Source of the DNA: Fonticula alba ATCC 38817
Taxonomy: Eukaryota; Protista; Nucleariida
Assembly (NCBI GenBank): GCA_000388065.2
Contig: KB932204.1
Length of the DNA stretch: 61,602 nucleotides
Reading direction: 5' to 3' (one strand)
Part shown: piece after piece, positions 23,282 through 36,011 of the stretch
How positions within the stretch are numbered: the stretch's first letter is position 1
How the letters are laid out: each line of letters opens with the position of its first letter
Program-made: the position numbers and the translations under genes
The notes under the pieces: generated by a model
What the model was told of the DNA's origin: nothing
Seen by the model: the letters and a program-made list of their open reading frames with translations, nothing else
Database searches by the model: none

Positions 23282-26200
23282 TTACTCAACGCGCACCGTC
23301 GAGAAGAGCCAGCGCGCGGTCTGGAAGGCGGCGAATACACCGACTCCAGCTGCCACCGGGCACAAAAGCAGCAGCAGCTGGACGCCGCGGAAGAGAATCA
23401 CCACCACGGCGGCCGCCTGGCCGGGCAGATCGGTTGCCGTCCCGACGCGGACCAGCTGCGTCACACAGTGCAGCATGACGGCCATCGCCGCGGCACACCC
23501 CGGGGCCAGAGCGGCCGGCCACCACCAGAAGTAGTTCTGTCCCGTCCGAGGGACGGAGGGGTGAGCGAGAGTGAGAGCGACGAGAAGACCCGGGGGTCCC
23601 GAGCATGTGGAGGAGCAGGCAGGAGACAGGGGGCAGGTGGAGGGGGGGAGGGGGGGGGGGATGGTCCACCGCCAGTGTTCAGGAAAGTGTCAGTGGCCAA
23701 ATCCGGGGCAGGAAAACAGGCCGCAGCAGCGGCAGCATCATCCCCGGCAGCAGCAGGAGCAGCGGCAGCAGCAACCCACTCGGAGCCGGGTGACAGGGCC
23801 CGGAGCACGCACCTCGGTCTGCCAGCAGTGATAGGCAGTGGCCATGCCAGCCAGGCATGCCCCCCCGATGAGGGTCCCCATCCAGAGGGTCAGTGCCAGG
23901 GCATACTCCCAGCTGACCATCGGCGGGAACCAGCTCCAGGGAACCATGCCCGAGTGCAAGCGCGCCAAGGCGCCCCACATGTAGAGCCCCAGCGGGAAGG
24001 CATACGCCAGGGCCACCGTGTACGGCCCGAGGGGGATCCGGCCCCACAGGAGCGGAGCCACCGGGACCGGGCGCGGGATGCGGTTGGTCCGCACGGGGGT
24101 CGATAGGACGGCCTTCTTGCGGCCGAAGTAGGCCCCGGCCAGACCGAAAGGCAGGGCCCCGGCCATGACCAGGCCCGCCCCGAAAGCCCCGAGGACCACG
24201 CGAAGGGGGATGCGGCTGCTGCTCTGGACCAGCGAGGCAGCCAGGTTGACAAACATCTGGGCAACCATGAGGCCCGCGGGAATGGTGAGGGAGTTCTACC
24301 GGTGCCCGGGCAAGGCATCGACGCATGGGGGCGGGTCAGCACGCGTGTGTGGTGGGGTGTGTGCGCGCACGCGAGGAACATGCAGGGCCGAGGAAGTAGG
24401 CCAGAGGGCCAAGGGTGATGCAGGGCGGACGCATGGAGGAAGCCCAGATGCGTGTCCACGCCATCCCGAGGCCCGGCCCAGGGGGAGGGGGGGGGGGGGG
24501 GGGGGGGGTCTTGAGCAACGCACAATCACGGCCTGCCGACTCCAGCTCCCGGGACCCTTGGAGGCGGCCGAGGCCGTTGACGAGGGGGCCGCCGTGCCGT
24601 GGATGAAAAACTTGTGCACTCGCGAGCCGTGGTAGTTGGCAACCGCACTGTCGGCAAGATGACCCCCCGAGGGCCATCCGGGGGAATGTCGTGAGTCTCA
24701 TGGAACCAAGGGGCCGCGGCAATGTACAGCGCGAGGTGCAGGGCCACCTGCTGATGGATGGCCGTCGGGCCTTGACGCACGACAGAACGATAAAGGCACA
24801 GGCAGTGGCGCCAAGGATGGCCAGTCGAGACCCATGGCTCGAGAGGGTTTGCGAATAGAGAACCTCCGAGAGGCTGTCGCCCGAGATCGAAAGCAGCACC
24901 AGGCCTGGGCGGGTGGCAACAGGCAGACCGTCAGTCAGTGGCACCACAGCCGGCCTCAAGCCCCCGACCTGCCCCTCCCCGCGGCCTCGCTGTTGCCGAT
25001 TGCGGCTCGCACGCACAGGCCGTCAAAAAGATGCCCGTTGTGGCCAGTTGAATGGCAGTTGAGATGAGAAGGACCAGCCAGCCGCGGCGCCGCGGCGGCC
25101 GGAAGACATCCCCATGAATCAGTCGCCAGCCGGCCAGACCGCCGACCTGGCCGCTGGCCGACGGATCGTCGATCATCAGCACGAGGCCCTGTGCCGCGGC
25201 AGATCCGTCCTGGAGGATGGCCATGGCGGGAGGGGGAGGGCGAAAAAAAAAGCCCCAGGAAGAGCAGGAGGCCGGACGAGCCCCCTCTGGGCGTGAGTAC
25301 GCATGGGCTCGGGGAGATGGCCGCTGGCCGCAAAAAAAACAAACAAACAAACAAACAAGCAAACAACACACACACCTTCTCCTGGAGCTCGATGTTCGTG
25401 CGCGAGTTGTAGCGCTCGCTCTCTTCGCGCATGGACCGGAAGATCATGAAGCCGAAGCCCACGATGACCACGGGCGCCAGGAAATCGCCGATCCCCAGGA
25501 GCTTGGCGCTGGAGGCGTCGGCCGGGACCACCGGCGCCTGCAGCGAGTGTGCCAGTCGCACTGGCGGCGAGGCCAGCGCCCGTGCGACCGGCACAAACTC
25601 CGCCGGCGTGGTCTTGACAAAGCGCACCGAGTACGAGTAATTGATGGCCAGCACCTCGGTCGGGGGGGTTTCATCGGCGCGCTTCTTCGGGCTAGAAGTC
25701 AGGTCCAGCACCGGTTGCGGCCGGATCGAGTCCGCGTCTACCATCGACTCATCGCGATCGTGTGGGCAGAACCCGTGCGACTGGTCGATGCTGTGGTGGC
25801 CGGTGGGGGTCCGCAAGGGGGGGGGGGGGGGAAATCGGGTGAGCATGCCTCCGCGCGGAGTGGCGTTTCGAGCACGCTTTCACACCGGGAAGGGGGGGGG
25901 GGGACGCACCTTCGCGGCACGGCCTCCACCCCGAGCACGCGCAGGCCGGTCTTGTCTTTGGACAGAGACTCGGGATGGAAGTAGACCTTCAAGTCAAAGT
26001 GGTTGAACAGGACCGGGAAGCCTTTCTGCGGGCCGGACAGCGGGGCCGCGACCGGCGGAGTGAAAGGGGACATGCGCAGGAGATGAGACAAAGGGCGTGG
26101 GGCTTGTGCTTGCGGCCGTGGGCCGGTGAAAGTGTGAAACAGCCCCACCTAAGTGGGCAAGGGGAGAGAGAGAGCACGGGAGGACAGGGAGGAAGGGTCA

Positions 26201-27534
26201 TGGAGGGGAGCAGAGCGAGGCGCGACGAACCTCAAGGCGTCCAAGTGGAATGCCCAGCTCCACGCCGGCGGCCAGGTCTGAGTTGCCGTAGAAGCGCGAG
26301 TGCCGCGAAAAAACCGGCTTCCCGGCGATCACCCTGTAAATGTGTGTGTGTGTGTGTGTGCGTGTGCATGTGTGCGGGGACGCAGCACACCAGGATGGGA
26401 ACATGTGGTCGGTCAAACACCCGCAGGGGCCGGCATTCGGGCGCACGGTCAGATACATACCACTCGGCGCGGTGGCCCGACTTGACCAAAGACGAGAGGA
26501 GAGACGATTCGCTACGCGTGGCCTTGACCGTGGACGATCCGTCAGCCCCGCGGCACAGCGGGGAGCAGGGCAGATCGATGCCGGCCTCGATCTTGGCGGG
26601 TCCGGCAGCCCGGCCAGACAATCGGGAGGAGATGGCGAGCGGATGTCAGCCGGCGGCTGCTCGCCAGAAGCAAGCGCCCCCCTCCCCTCGCGCTTGATCA
26701 TGCAGCACGTACCAGCAGCGGACTCAAGGACACGCGATCGCCGCTCCACATCTGCAGCCAGTCATTCCGCCGGGACACCGGCCCGACAGGACCGGGCTTC
26801 AATCCGGGGACACCGTCGGCCGGTGTCTTGCCAGGCTTGGTCGGCGCCAGGGAGCGCTCGGTCGTGCAGAAGGGCAGCCCACCGACCGGCCGAAGGAGGG
26901 GGTCGCTGCCCAGCAGGGCCATCGGTGCGCCGACCGTGTTGTACCATACCGGCACGACGTCCCCCTCCTGTGCAATGGGAAGAGGGAGGACAGGCATCTG
27001 GTCAGGGTGCCGCTGGGGGGCTGCCAAAAAAAAAAAGCCCAACCAAACTGGACTCTGGGTCACCCATCCCTCTCTCGCTCTTCGCCTGGCCCGCTCCAGT
27101 CCCTGCCGCTGATGCCCCCCCCCCCGTCCCCCCCCCCCCCCCCCACACATATACACGCATACAGGACACTGCCCTGTGGGATGTCCTTCTTCCTGGCCTG
27201 CTTGATGCGCTCCAACGGCACGTTGCTTGTGGGCTATCCGTTGTTTGATGCGGTGTCGGCCGTGCGCCATCGCTGGGCCGCTCGCGGGGCCCCCCCCCCT
27301 CCCCCGAGATCATGAACGCACCGCGAGAACGAGGGACTTCAAGACAGCGGTATTGCCGACAAAGCGCGAGGGAGTGCCGGAGGAGCTCGCCGCCATGGCG
27401 TGCCCCTTTGCCGCCATGCCCTCAAGGGCGAGCTGCTCATCAGCCTCGTCGGTTGCCTGGGCGAATGCCCTCGATGCGGGCGCCAGGACCACCACCAGGG
27501 CAAGGAGCAGGGCGAGTAGCCGATGGGTGGCCAT
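23282..27534 (-). CDS. Transmembrane 9 superfamily (nonaspanin/EMP70) protein, divergent, about 803 aa
   Basis: 11 exons: 27534-27322, 26967-26713, 26591-26461, 26333-26231, 26025-25910, 25790-25376, 25209-25017, 24904-24781, 24647-24524, 24295-23813, 23536-23282 (2412 nt, in frame). Motifs LPFC, GDRVSLSP, LFNHFDLKVYFH, GWRLIHGDVFRPP, PVRTNRIPRP, ENYFWWW and C-terminal VRVE. Confidence 0.92.
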
Positions 27535-28583
27535 TTTCCTTACACCACGCAGATCGGCGTTCGGTCGCCCGAAGGTCCAGGATGCAAGAGGAGCGAAAGG
27601 GAAAGGGGGAAAACGAAAAAAAAAGTGGGGATGACAGTCGGAGGGCGGAGAGGGGAGAATGGTGATTGATAGTGAGGGGGGGGGGGGGGGGGGGGCCCAA
27701 GTCGGCGGGCGCCGCTCGCGGGCCGGCGGGGCACCACAAAAAGATGCCCCCTCCTCCGCTCCCTCCTGGCGGGGTGTCCCCGAGCCGTGTGTCTCTCGCC
27801 CCCCGCCCCCTGGCGGGGTGGTGTCCAGGCCCAGGGCGCGAGATCTGATCCGCCGAGGGAAAAAGAAGGCCGCCTGGAGGTCGCCTTCATCCGCCCCCCG
27901 GTGCCAGTGTGCCGGGGAAAAGGAAAGGGAAAAAGGAAGAGAAAAACAGAAGCCGTCGAGGGGGCGCTAGAGGAAGCACACACACGGGGCCCTCCGCCTC
28001 GCGCGAGCTTGGCCCCCCGCCCGCCGGCCCGACCCGGCCCGCCCCGATCGGGCTTGGCCCTTGCCCCGAGCCCAAGGTGACAGGTTAAGGGTCGGTTGAG
28101 GGCGTCGCACCGCTCCCTCCCGGCTGCTCCCGCGACAAAGGCCGCGGCCACGGACTTGCACACACGTACGCACGCACGAACGTACGCCCACTTGCCCCGG
28201 AGCCGGGCGCGCTTCTTCGGCGGGGATTTCGGGCCCGATCGGAGGGAATGACAATGGGATCACGAGCCCGCCCGGCGCATCACGCACAAACCCTAAATGC
28301 CCTTCAAACGGCGGAGGGGCCCCAAGCTCGTCGTCCCACCAGCCTGGCTCGGGTGTTCCATCGGTTGTCACTGCCCAAGCAGGTCAGCATGCCAGGAGCG
28401 CGTTTCCTAGGGTAGCAGACAAATTTGTCCACGACGATGCCTCGGGAGCGCTTCCTTCTAGTACACAAGAACACATCATCGAGGGTATGCTCGCAAAATG
28501 AGGGGCCCGAAGAGCGGACGACGAGGGCGGGGCCCGTCGTGGCGGGATCGCCCGGGCTGGCCGCTCCTAATCTCCGCCGCGTT

Positions 28584-28602
28584 CGCGCGCGCGCGCGCGC
28601 GC
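28584..28602. repeat. Alternating (CG)9 tract with Z-DNA potential
   Basis: 19 nt of perfect CG alternation in the intergenic region between the divergent TM9SF and CNOT1 genes. Confidence 0.85.
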
Positions 28603-28761
28603 CGGTCGAAGCTAATCCGACGGTGCCTGCCCGCCGATGATGGAGGGGCCCGGCTCCGCCGAAAGGGGGTTGTTCTTCTGGAAGCTTGTCCGAGAGGCTT
28701 GTCGTTACTTTCTTCGCCCCGGCGAGCTTCCCCCGCGTCGCCCTCCCCCCGTTGATCATCC

Positions 28762-28814
28762 GGGGGGGGGGGGGGGGGGGGGGGGGAGGGGGGGGGGGGG
28801 GGGGGGGGGGGGGG
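28762..28814. repeat. 53-nt poly-G tract with a single A
   Basis: Directly visible. Homopolymer length may be misassembled. Confidence 0.8.
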
Positions 28815-30375
28815 CATGCTCCCTACGTTCTCCGCCTCTCTGTCCGCCCGTCCCTTGTCGCCAGCGAGAGCCGGGCCGAACACCACCCCCACAGAGCTGG
28901 CAGCCGGGTGGCGGATGAGCAGCCGAGCAAAGGCGCCGGCCGAGGGGGCGGGGGAGGGTGGACGCGCCTGCCGGGGCAAGGTGGCATTTCAGGCGCGCAC
29001 ACACACACACACACACACGAGAGCGCCCCCGCCCACCGAAAACCATTGACCTGGCCTCCTGGGTCTTGGGCGTGAGAGTGGCCGCGGCGTGCTCGTGGAC
29101 GCCGGTTTCCCCGGGGGCGCGCATGTGCAAGAGCGTGCACGCGCGTGCGTGTGTGCTTGACAGCCACTAGGCCGGCCGGGGAGCCTGGGCAGGCGCGAAC
29201 CCGTTCAATCGCAGTTCGGCCCAATCCCCGGATACCACCCCCCCTCCCCCTCTGAAGTCCGGGACCCCTAGTTTCTTGGCGTCTCTCTTGGCCGGTGGCG
29301 TAACCCCTCTTTTTGCTCCGTTGGACTCTGCCCCCGCGCCTGCCTGCACGCGTTTTCTCCCGGAGGAGAGGGTGGCCTACTCCCGAGGAGAGCGGGAGGG
29401 GGGGCGGGGGAGGGACAAGGGTGGGAACGGCCCCCTGGCCTGTGCTAGCCATCGCGGCGCGGCCTGGGCCCTTTTTTTCGGCCCCCGCCCTCCTCGCCCG
29501 CGGTCCCGTATCCCCGGAACAGCACTGTCCGACTTATTGCTTCCTCCTCCTCCCCTCTCCTTCCTCTCTCTCTCTCTCTCTGCCTTCCTCGCTCCGGTCT
29601 TTGCCGTACATAGCCACTCCCCCCCCCCCCGCCCACCCTCTCTTCTTGCCCCCTTCGGCCGCTCTGCCGCGCATCAGCCGGCTCCTCCCCCCTTGCATTC
29701 TTTCTCTCCCTGGTTCTTCCCCTCTCCGCCTCGCGCCGTCTTCTCCCCTCCCTCTCACGTTTGTCTCTGCCCGCTTGCTCCCTCCTTGCTCCTTCCTGAC
29801 CGTCAAACCCTTCCCCCCCCCCCTCCCTCCTCCCTGTGACCTGCTCTTCCTTCGCTCCATCGCGCTTCCATGCACATCTTCTCGACCCCTCCCTCCCCTC
29901 CCCACTCCCTCGTTCTCTTCCCCCTCCCCCCCTCGCTCCCCTCCACTGCCCGTTGGTCCCGTGTCTCGACCCGTGCATGTACGGTCCATCCTCCCCTCTC
30001 CTCCTCTGCGCACATCACCCTCATTGCTTCGCACCACCAAAGCCTTCTCGCTATCCCTGTGAGTCTCGCAATTACGCCCTCCTTCCATGTTGTCTCATTT
30101 ATTTTGGCCCCCCTCCTCCCCCCTCCCTGATTCCCGCCCTTTCCCCTCCCCTAACCTTCCCGCCGAATGTGGCACCCATCCTGCTGTCTTGCTTCCTCCT
30201 TTCCTCGCCTCCCCCGCTCCCCGTGGTCTCTCCTCTCGGTATGTGCCCATCCTCCCTCCCCCACCATGGCGCTCGCGTGCGTCCACCTCCCCCTCCCCCC
30301 CCCAAACTAACTCCCCTTCGCCTTTAGCCCTGCTCCCTCCGCCTCCCCATACCACAGGGATATCCTTCGCCCGTC

Positions 30376-33300
30376 ATGTCCTTGCATCCCGGCCGCGCCT
30401 ACGCGTCCTCCGCTCCCGCGGCCGATCCCTTCCCCCTCGGGTCATCCTCTCGCGCGGCGCCTCCCCCCCCTCCCCCTCCTGGCGGCGGCGGTGCCACCAT
30501 CGCCGACTACATTGCCTCCATCTCGGCCAACAAATCGATTGTCCCTCCTCCCGGGACTTTCTACTCCTCGGACTCCTTTTTCCGACCCGTGGCCTTCAGT
30601 CCGCCGAGCTCCTTCATCCACCGGCAGATCTCCTGGTGTGTCCAGCACCTGTTCTCTGCCTCTGACTTCGAGCTCCGCAAGCCGGCTCCGTCCGCCTCGC
30701 CGTCGCGCTCGCCCGCCCCGGCAACCAGCCAATCGGAGGCCTTCCTCCTGGCCCCCACTTCCGTCGTCAAGGCCCCCCTCGAGAGGGTGCGATTCTGAGT
30801 CCCCCCCCTCTCTCTCTCTCATTCTTTCTTTCTCTCTCTTTCTTTCTCTCTCTTTCTTTCTCTCTCTTTCTTTCTCTCTCTTTCTTTCTCTCTCTTTCTT
30901 TCTCTCTCTTTCTTTCTCTCTCTTTTTTTTCTCTCTCCCTCCCTCCCTCCCTCCCTCCCTCCCTCCCCCTCTCCCTCTCTCCCTCCCCTTTACACAGACT
31001 CCCATGCTGATCACCTTCCCTTCTCGTGAATCACTCCCGCCCCCCTGGCGCTTCAGTTGATCAGCCTCGGTGGCACTGCGGCATTCGAGTTCTACCTGGG
31101 CGCCCTCTTTGACGCGATCGACTTCGGGTCCCTTGACCTGCTCTTTTCCTCGGGGTTCTCGCCCTCCAGTAAGGACATCCCAAGCAGCCTTCAGCAGGCA
31201 CTTGCTTCCAATCCCTCTCTCTATCGTCAGCTGGCGCTCTGTTGGCTTCTCGGTCAAGAGCTTTCCATCCTCCTTTCGCAGTCCTTCCGCTCCGGCATCG
31301 TCCTTCGCCTGCTCGAGTCTCGCTTGCTGCCGCGCTTCCACCACCCAGCCGGCTCCACTTCATCGTCTGCCACCAGCACCGTCTCCACCGACGGCGTTCC
31401 CTCCAAGACCGGCTCCTCCAGTCCACCGTCATCGGTCACGACAGCCGCTCCCTGCCTCCCGGCCACAAGTCTCCCCCGACTGTCGCCCGTCTTCGCCCTT
31501 GTCCGGCACGCGTTCCTCCTTTTCCGTGGTGACGCCCTCTCGTGCTTGCTTCTCGGCACCGTTCTCGCCGGGTCACCAAGCTTCCTCCGGTCGGCCGCCT
31601 TCTCCGCCAACCAAGCCCTGCCCCCGTCTCAGCCGGGAGCCCATCCATCTGCCGCCGGTTCCGCCCCAGGTGCCACTGCCTCCGGTGTTGCCCCTTCGTC
31701 GGCCGCCAACGCCACCACTGCTTCGGGATCCCCTGGCCTTCGGCAAATCGATTCCGGTCGTGTTCTCTCTAATCTCGGCCACGAGCTTGTTCGCGTCTAC
31801 CTGGCCCACGGCATCGGCCTGGTCATCAGCCACTTCGATCCCTCGGACCGATCTGCCTCCCTCCCCTCGGAGCAGGACGACCCCGCAGCCACTTCCATCG
31901 CCTTGAGCCCGGATCTCGGCCGCTTCTTCCACACGCCCGTCTCTTCGGTCACCCCGGGTGCCGTTCACGAGATCCTCCAGTTCCTCCACGCCCAAGCCCA
32001 CCTTAGCTTCCGCGTGCACGGCCTCATCCTCACCGAGACGTGCGGCTTCCCGTCTTGCCGATCCCCTGCCTGTGCCCCGGCTTGCTCCTCCCTCCCCCCC
32101 CCCTCCCCTCGTCAGCCAAGCTAACACCTTTGTCCTTCCCTTCCCTTCCCCCCCCCTCCCTCTCCCTCTGTCGCCCCCACCACGAGCAGCCAAATCCTAT
32201 TCGCCCATCTCCGGCATCATCTCCTGCCCGACTGCTCGCCCTTCCTCTATCCGCTGATCTACGCGATTGACGGGCTCCTGTCGATTTCGCTGCTCCGCTC
32301 TCCCGCCTCGGCCCCCCTCCCCCAGGACCTTCCGCAGTTCTCCAACGAGGTCATTTCCCCGATGTACAGCCATCCGAGCAAGCTCGACCCGGCCCCGGCC
32401 CCGGCCCCGGCCCCCGGGGCGGATCGCACTGCTGTTAGCTCGTTCTTCGGCGGCGGGGCCTCCCCCGGGAGCGCCTCCCTGGCCCTGTACATGAGCGAGT
32501 TCGGCACTTCCTGCGTGGCCACCCTGGCCACCGCCTATGCCCTGCTCCAGTCGTATGTCATCATCTGTGCCAACATGGACCCGGCCAGTCCGCCCGACGC
32601 GGCCGAGCTGCCGGCCCTCCTCTCGCGCTACATCACCGACGCCCACATCTCGGACGCCATCACCATGATGGTGCACACGGTGCAAACCGCCCGGACAGGG
32701 TCCTTCCACATTCAGGCCACCTCCTGGCCGGCGCTCATCCAGCCGGATGCCGCGGCCGCGGCCGCCGCCACCACCATGGCGGCCCCCTCCCAGCCGGCCG
32801 CTGCTGCCAGCGCCGCGGCCACCTCGGCGCCCGCCGCCCCGGGGGCAGGGGGCTCCAAGCCGGAGACCGACTCGTCGCCGGTGGTCCTGGCCACGGCGGC
32901 CGCTGTTGCCGCGGCCACCGGCCAGGCCGTGCCCACGCCGATTGTTGCGCGGTCCATCGACTCCGAGGTGCCGGGGGGGCTCCTGCGCGCCATGTCCGCC
33001 GATCGCCCGGGCGCCTCCGGGCGATGCTGGAACATCGGGAACTTCCTTCGCGCCGCCCTGCAGCTGGTGTGTTCCGCGGGTTTTCTTGCTCCCCTCTCCT
33101 GGCCCCGTTCCCTTCCCCATTCTCCTTCTTCCTTCTCCCCCCCCCCCCTGGTCAAAAGGCCACCGGCCCGATGTTTAGCTGACCCATGCCCGCTGGCCAA
33201 GATCCCGACCCTGAGCCCGGAGGTCATCCTCCGGTCGCTTGACCGGCCGGACCTCTTCCCCCCGGAGTACACCCCATCGATCCTGACGGCGGATCTGCTC

Positions 33301-33465
33301 TTCGAGGCCACCGTTGCCCTGGGCTTCCCGCAGTACTCGCTGATCCGCTTTGTCCTGATGCCGCGTGCGAATCTGCGCTTCACCCCGGCCGCCGCCACCA
33401 CCGCCGCTGCCCCCGCCACCGCTTCGAACGCCGCCGCGGCCGCCGCGGCCGCCGCCGGGCCCCCT

Positions 33466-33496
<31 letters not shown>

Positions 33497-34033
33497 ACGA
33501 GGCTCCGGCCACCGCGGCTGCCGCCGTGCCCTGGGTCAATCCGCTGCCTCAGCTGCAGCTCCTGTCGACCTTGATCGGCTTTGGGTCGCATGTGTTCCTG
33601 GACCCGGCGCACGGCTTGCACTCGGTCTTCCTGGACGCCTCCGGCAAGAGCATCATGCCCCCGTCGGTTGTCGACTCGCTGAAGACCGTGACCGCATCGG
33701 CCTCGGTGTCCGTTGGCAAGGTCGCCTCGCCGGAGCTTGCCCGCGCCTTCCAGGCTGCCTACAGCTATCGGGAAATCCTCCACCTGTTCCTGGCCTTGGA
33801 TCAGTTGAAGGACAAGACCGTGTCCTCCCTCTGTCGGTCGATGCTTGGCGAGGCGTTCAATGCCACGAGCTCGCTGCTGCTGCTGAGCATCGCCTCTCTG
33901 AATGTGCGCCCGGTGTCTCCGCCACTCCTTTTTTCTTCGGCTGCTCTCTCCCGCTCGCTCGCTCGCCCCCGGGGTGGCCTTCTCGCTGACTCCATCTCCT
34001 TGCTCCTCTGCCTCTGTCTCCGGCTCTCTCCCC

Positions 34034-34069
<36 letters not shown>

Positions 34070-35979
34070 TCGCAGTTCAAGGAGATGTTCCTCGCCAACA
34101 AGATCGTCCCGGATCTCTTCTCGCAGATGGTCAATGCCCTGCTCTTTATGGCCATCAATCTGCCGCATGACAGCCTCCCCTACTTCCCCGGGGTGGGCCC
34201 CTTCGCGTCGTATCTCCTGCGTGCCATCTGGCACCTGAACCCGGAGGCTATGGTGTCGCTGCTGGTTTTGCTGCACCGCCAGTCGCCGGAGTATGTGGAG
34301 ATCCTGATGACCCTCTTCTTTGGGCACATTCTCCAGGGCGACCCGGCGCAGATCCTCCGCCCGGCGGTGGCCAGCCCCACCGATCGGCCACAGGAGGGGC
34401 CCGATGCCGGGGCCGGCCCGGCCGCCCCCGGGACGGATGGCAGCGCGCCCAGCGCCGGTGCCTCCGCCGGCGGTTCATCCACCCCGGCCGGCGGGCCCGG
34501 CGCCGCGGCCATGGCCGGCGATGGCGGCCCGGACACCCGGGCCCATGAGCTCCCGCCCTTTGTCCGGCTGCGCTCCATCCACACGGTCACCCTGGGGTTC
34601 ATCCTGGACCTGGCGATCGCGGCCTCTTCCAACAATTGGGCCCTCCCCGAGGGGGATGGGTCCCTTTCTTCCTGGCTCTCGGTGCAGGTTGGCCACTATG
34701 GGGAGATCTTCCTGACGGCCATCTTCGAGTACATCCAGGCCCGCTGGTCGCTGGTGGAGCTGAAGTCTCCCACCCTTTCGGTGGTTCTCCTGTCGCAGCT
34801 GTTCTTCGTTTTGCTGTCCAGCACTGATGCCTTCCGGGAGGTGCTGGCCGGTGGCGGCCCGGCCGCCGGGGCCGCATCCGCCAGTGGGTCCCCCACGGTT
34901 GCCCCTCACAGCCTGAACCCCCCACTGCCCGAGTCGGTCAGCCTGCCGGTTCAATTGCAGAACCAGGTCATCGACTTGCACAAGCGCTGCTGCCAGATCT
35001 ACCCGCAGCTGGCGCACCCGACCCCCTCCGGGGCCATTGTGGCCAAGTTCCCGGCCGCCGGGGCGGCGAATCTCCACCTGCAGCCGATCCAGCCGCACTT
35101 CTTCTCGCGCTTTGCCCCGGCCAATGACCTGGTCCGCCAGGCGATCGACCGTTTGCGGCAGTTCTACAACGGCAAGGTGACCCTCCTGGTGCTGATCGAT
35201 GAGCTGCGCCAGCTGCGTGACTCCCAGCAGCCGGACAAGGTCAAGTATGCGGAGACCATTGTCCAGTGTGCCATCGACGACACGGAGCACATTGCCATCT
35301 GCCCAAACAATGAGCTGATCCTCTTTGGCCGGCTTTTCGGCCAGCTGATCCTGCACCAGCTGGTTCCCAAGGAGTCCTTCGCCATGTCCATGACCTATGT
35401 CAAGGCTTCCTTCTCCTTCAAGCCGCTGCAGCGCCGCTTCCGCTTCGGCCTGCTGGCCCTGCTGGAGTTTATGCCCATTCTCGAGCACTACCCGGAGTAC
35501 TGCCGCGAGCTGTACCAATTCGAGTCCCTGCGGCAGGAGTGCCCGCGCAAGTTGAGCGCCCTCCTCCATCGGGTGATCAGCCGGCACTTTGAGGGGGACG
35601 TCCTGGCCGGGGTGGGGGCGCTGCCTCCCGGGGCCGGGGGTGCCGGGGGCGATGCCTCCGACGAGCGGTCGGATGGCGAGCCGGAATCCCCGGACTCCGA
35701 TGTGCCGGACTCCGATGATGAGCGCCAGCGTGTGGCTCTCCAGCGGCAGCAGCTCCAGCAGCACACCACCCACCATCAGATGCTGCAGGCGCAGCAGCAG
35801 CAGCAGCAGCAGCAGCAACATCACCAGCAGCTGCTGCAGCAGCAGCAGGCCGCAGCAGCGGCCGCGGCCGCGGCCGCCGGCCACCCGCATATGCAGCACT
35901 TCCACCACCACCAGCAGCAGCAGCCCCCGGCCGCGGGGGCCCCCCTGACTCATATGCACCTTCACATGCAGCAGGCGGC

Positions 35980-36011
<32 letters not shown>

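Noticed and set aside
27163-27233. Possible cassette exon in TM9SF intron 1 (PTSNVPLERIKQARKKDIPQG)
   Set aside because: There is no pyrimidine tract or branch motif upstream. The good donor (GTATGC) would frameshift, the in-frame donor (GTCCTG) is atypical, and exons 1 and 2 join cleanly without it. It needs RNA-seq.
30266-30357. Upstream ATG (CCACCATGGCGCTCGC|GTGCGT) as the CNOT1 start
   Set aside because: Its phase-2 donor does not match the available acceptors (30327, 30357), which are phase 0 for the NOT1 frame. It is more likely intronic or a uORF in a spliced 5' UTR.
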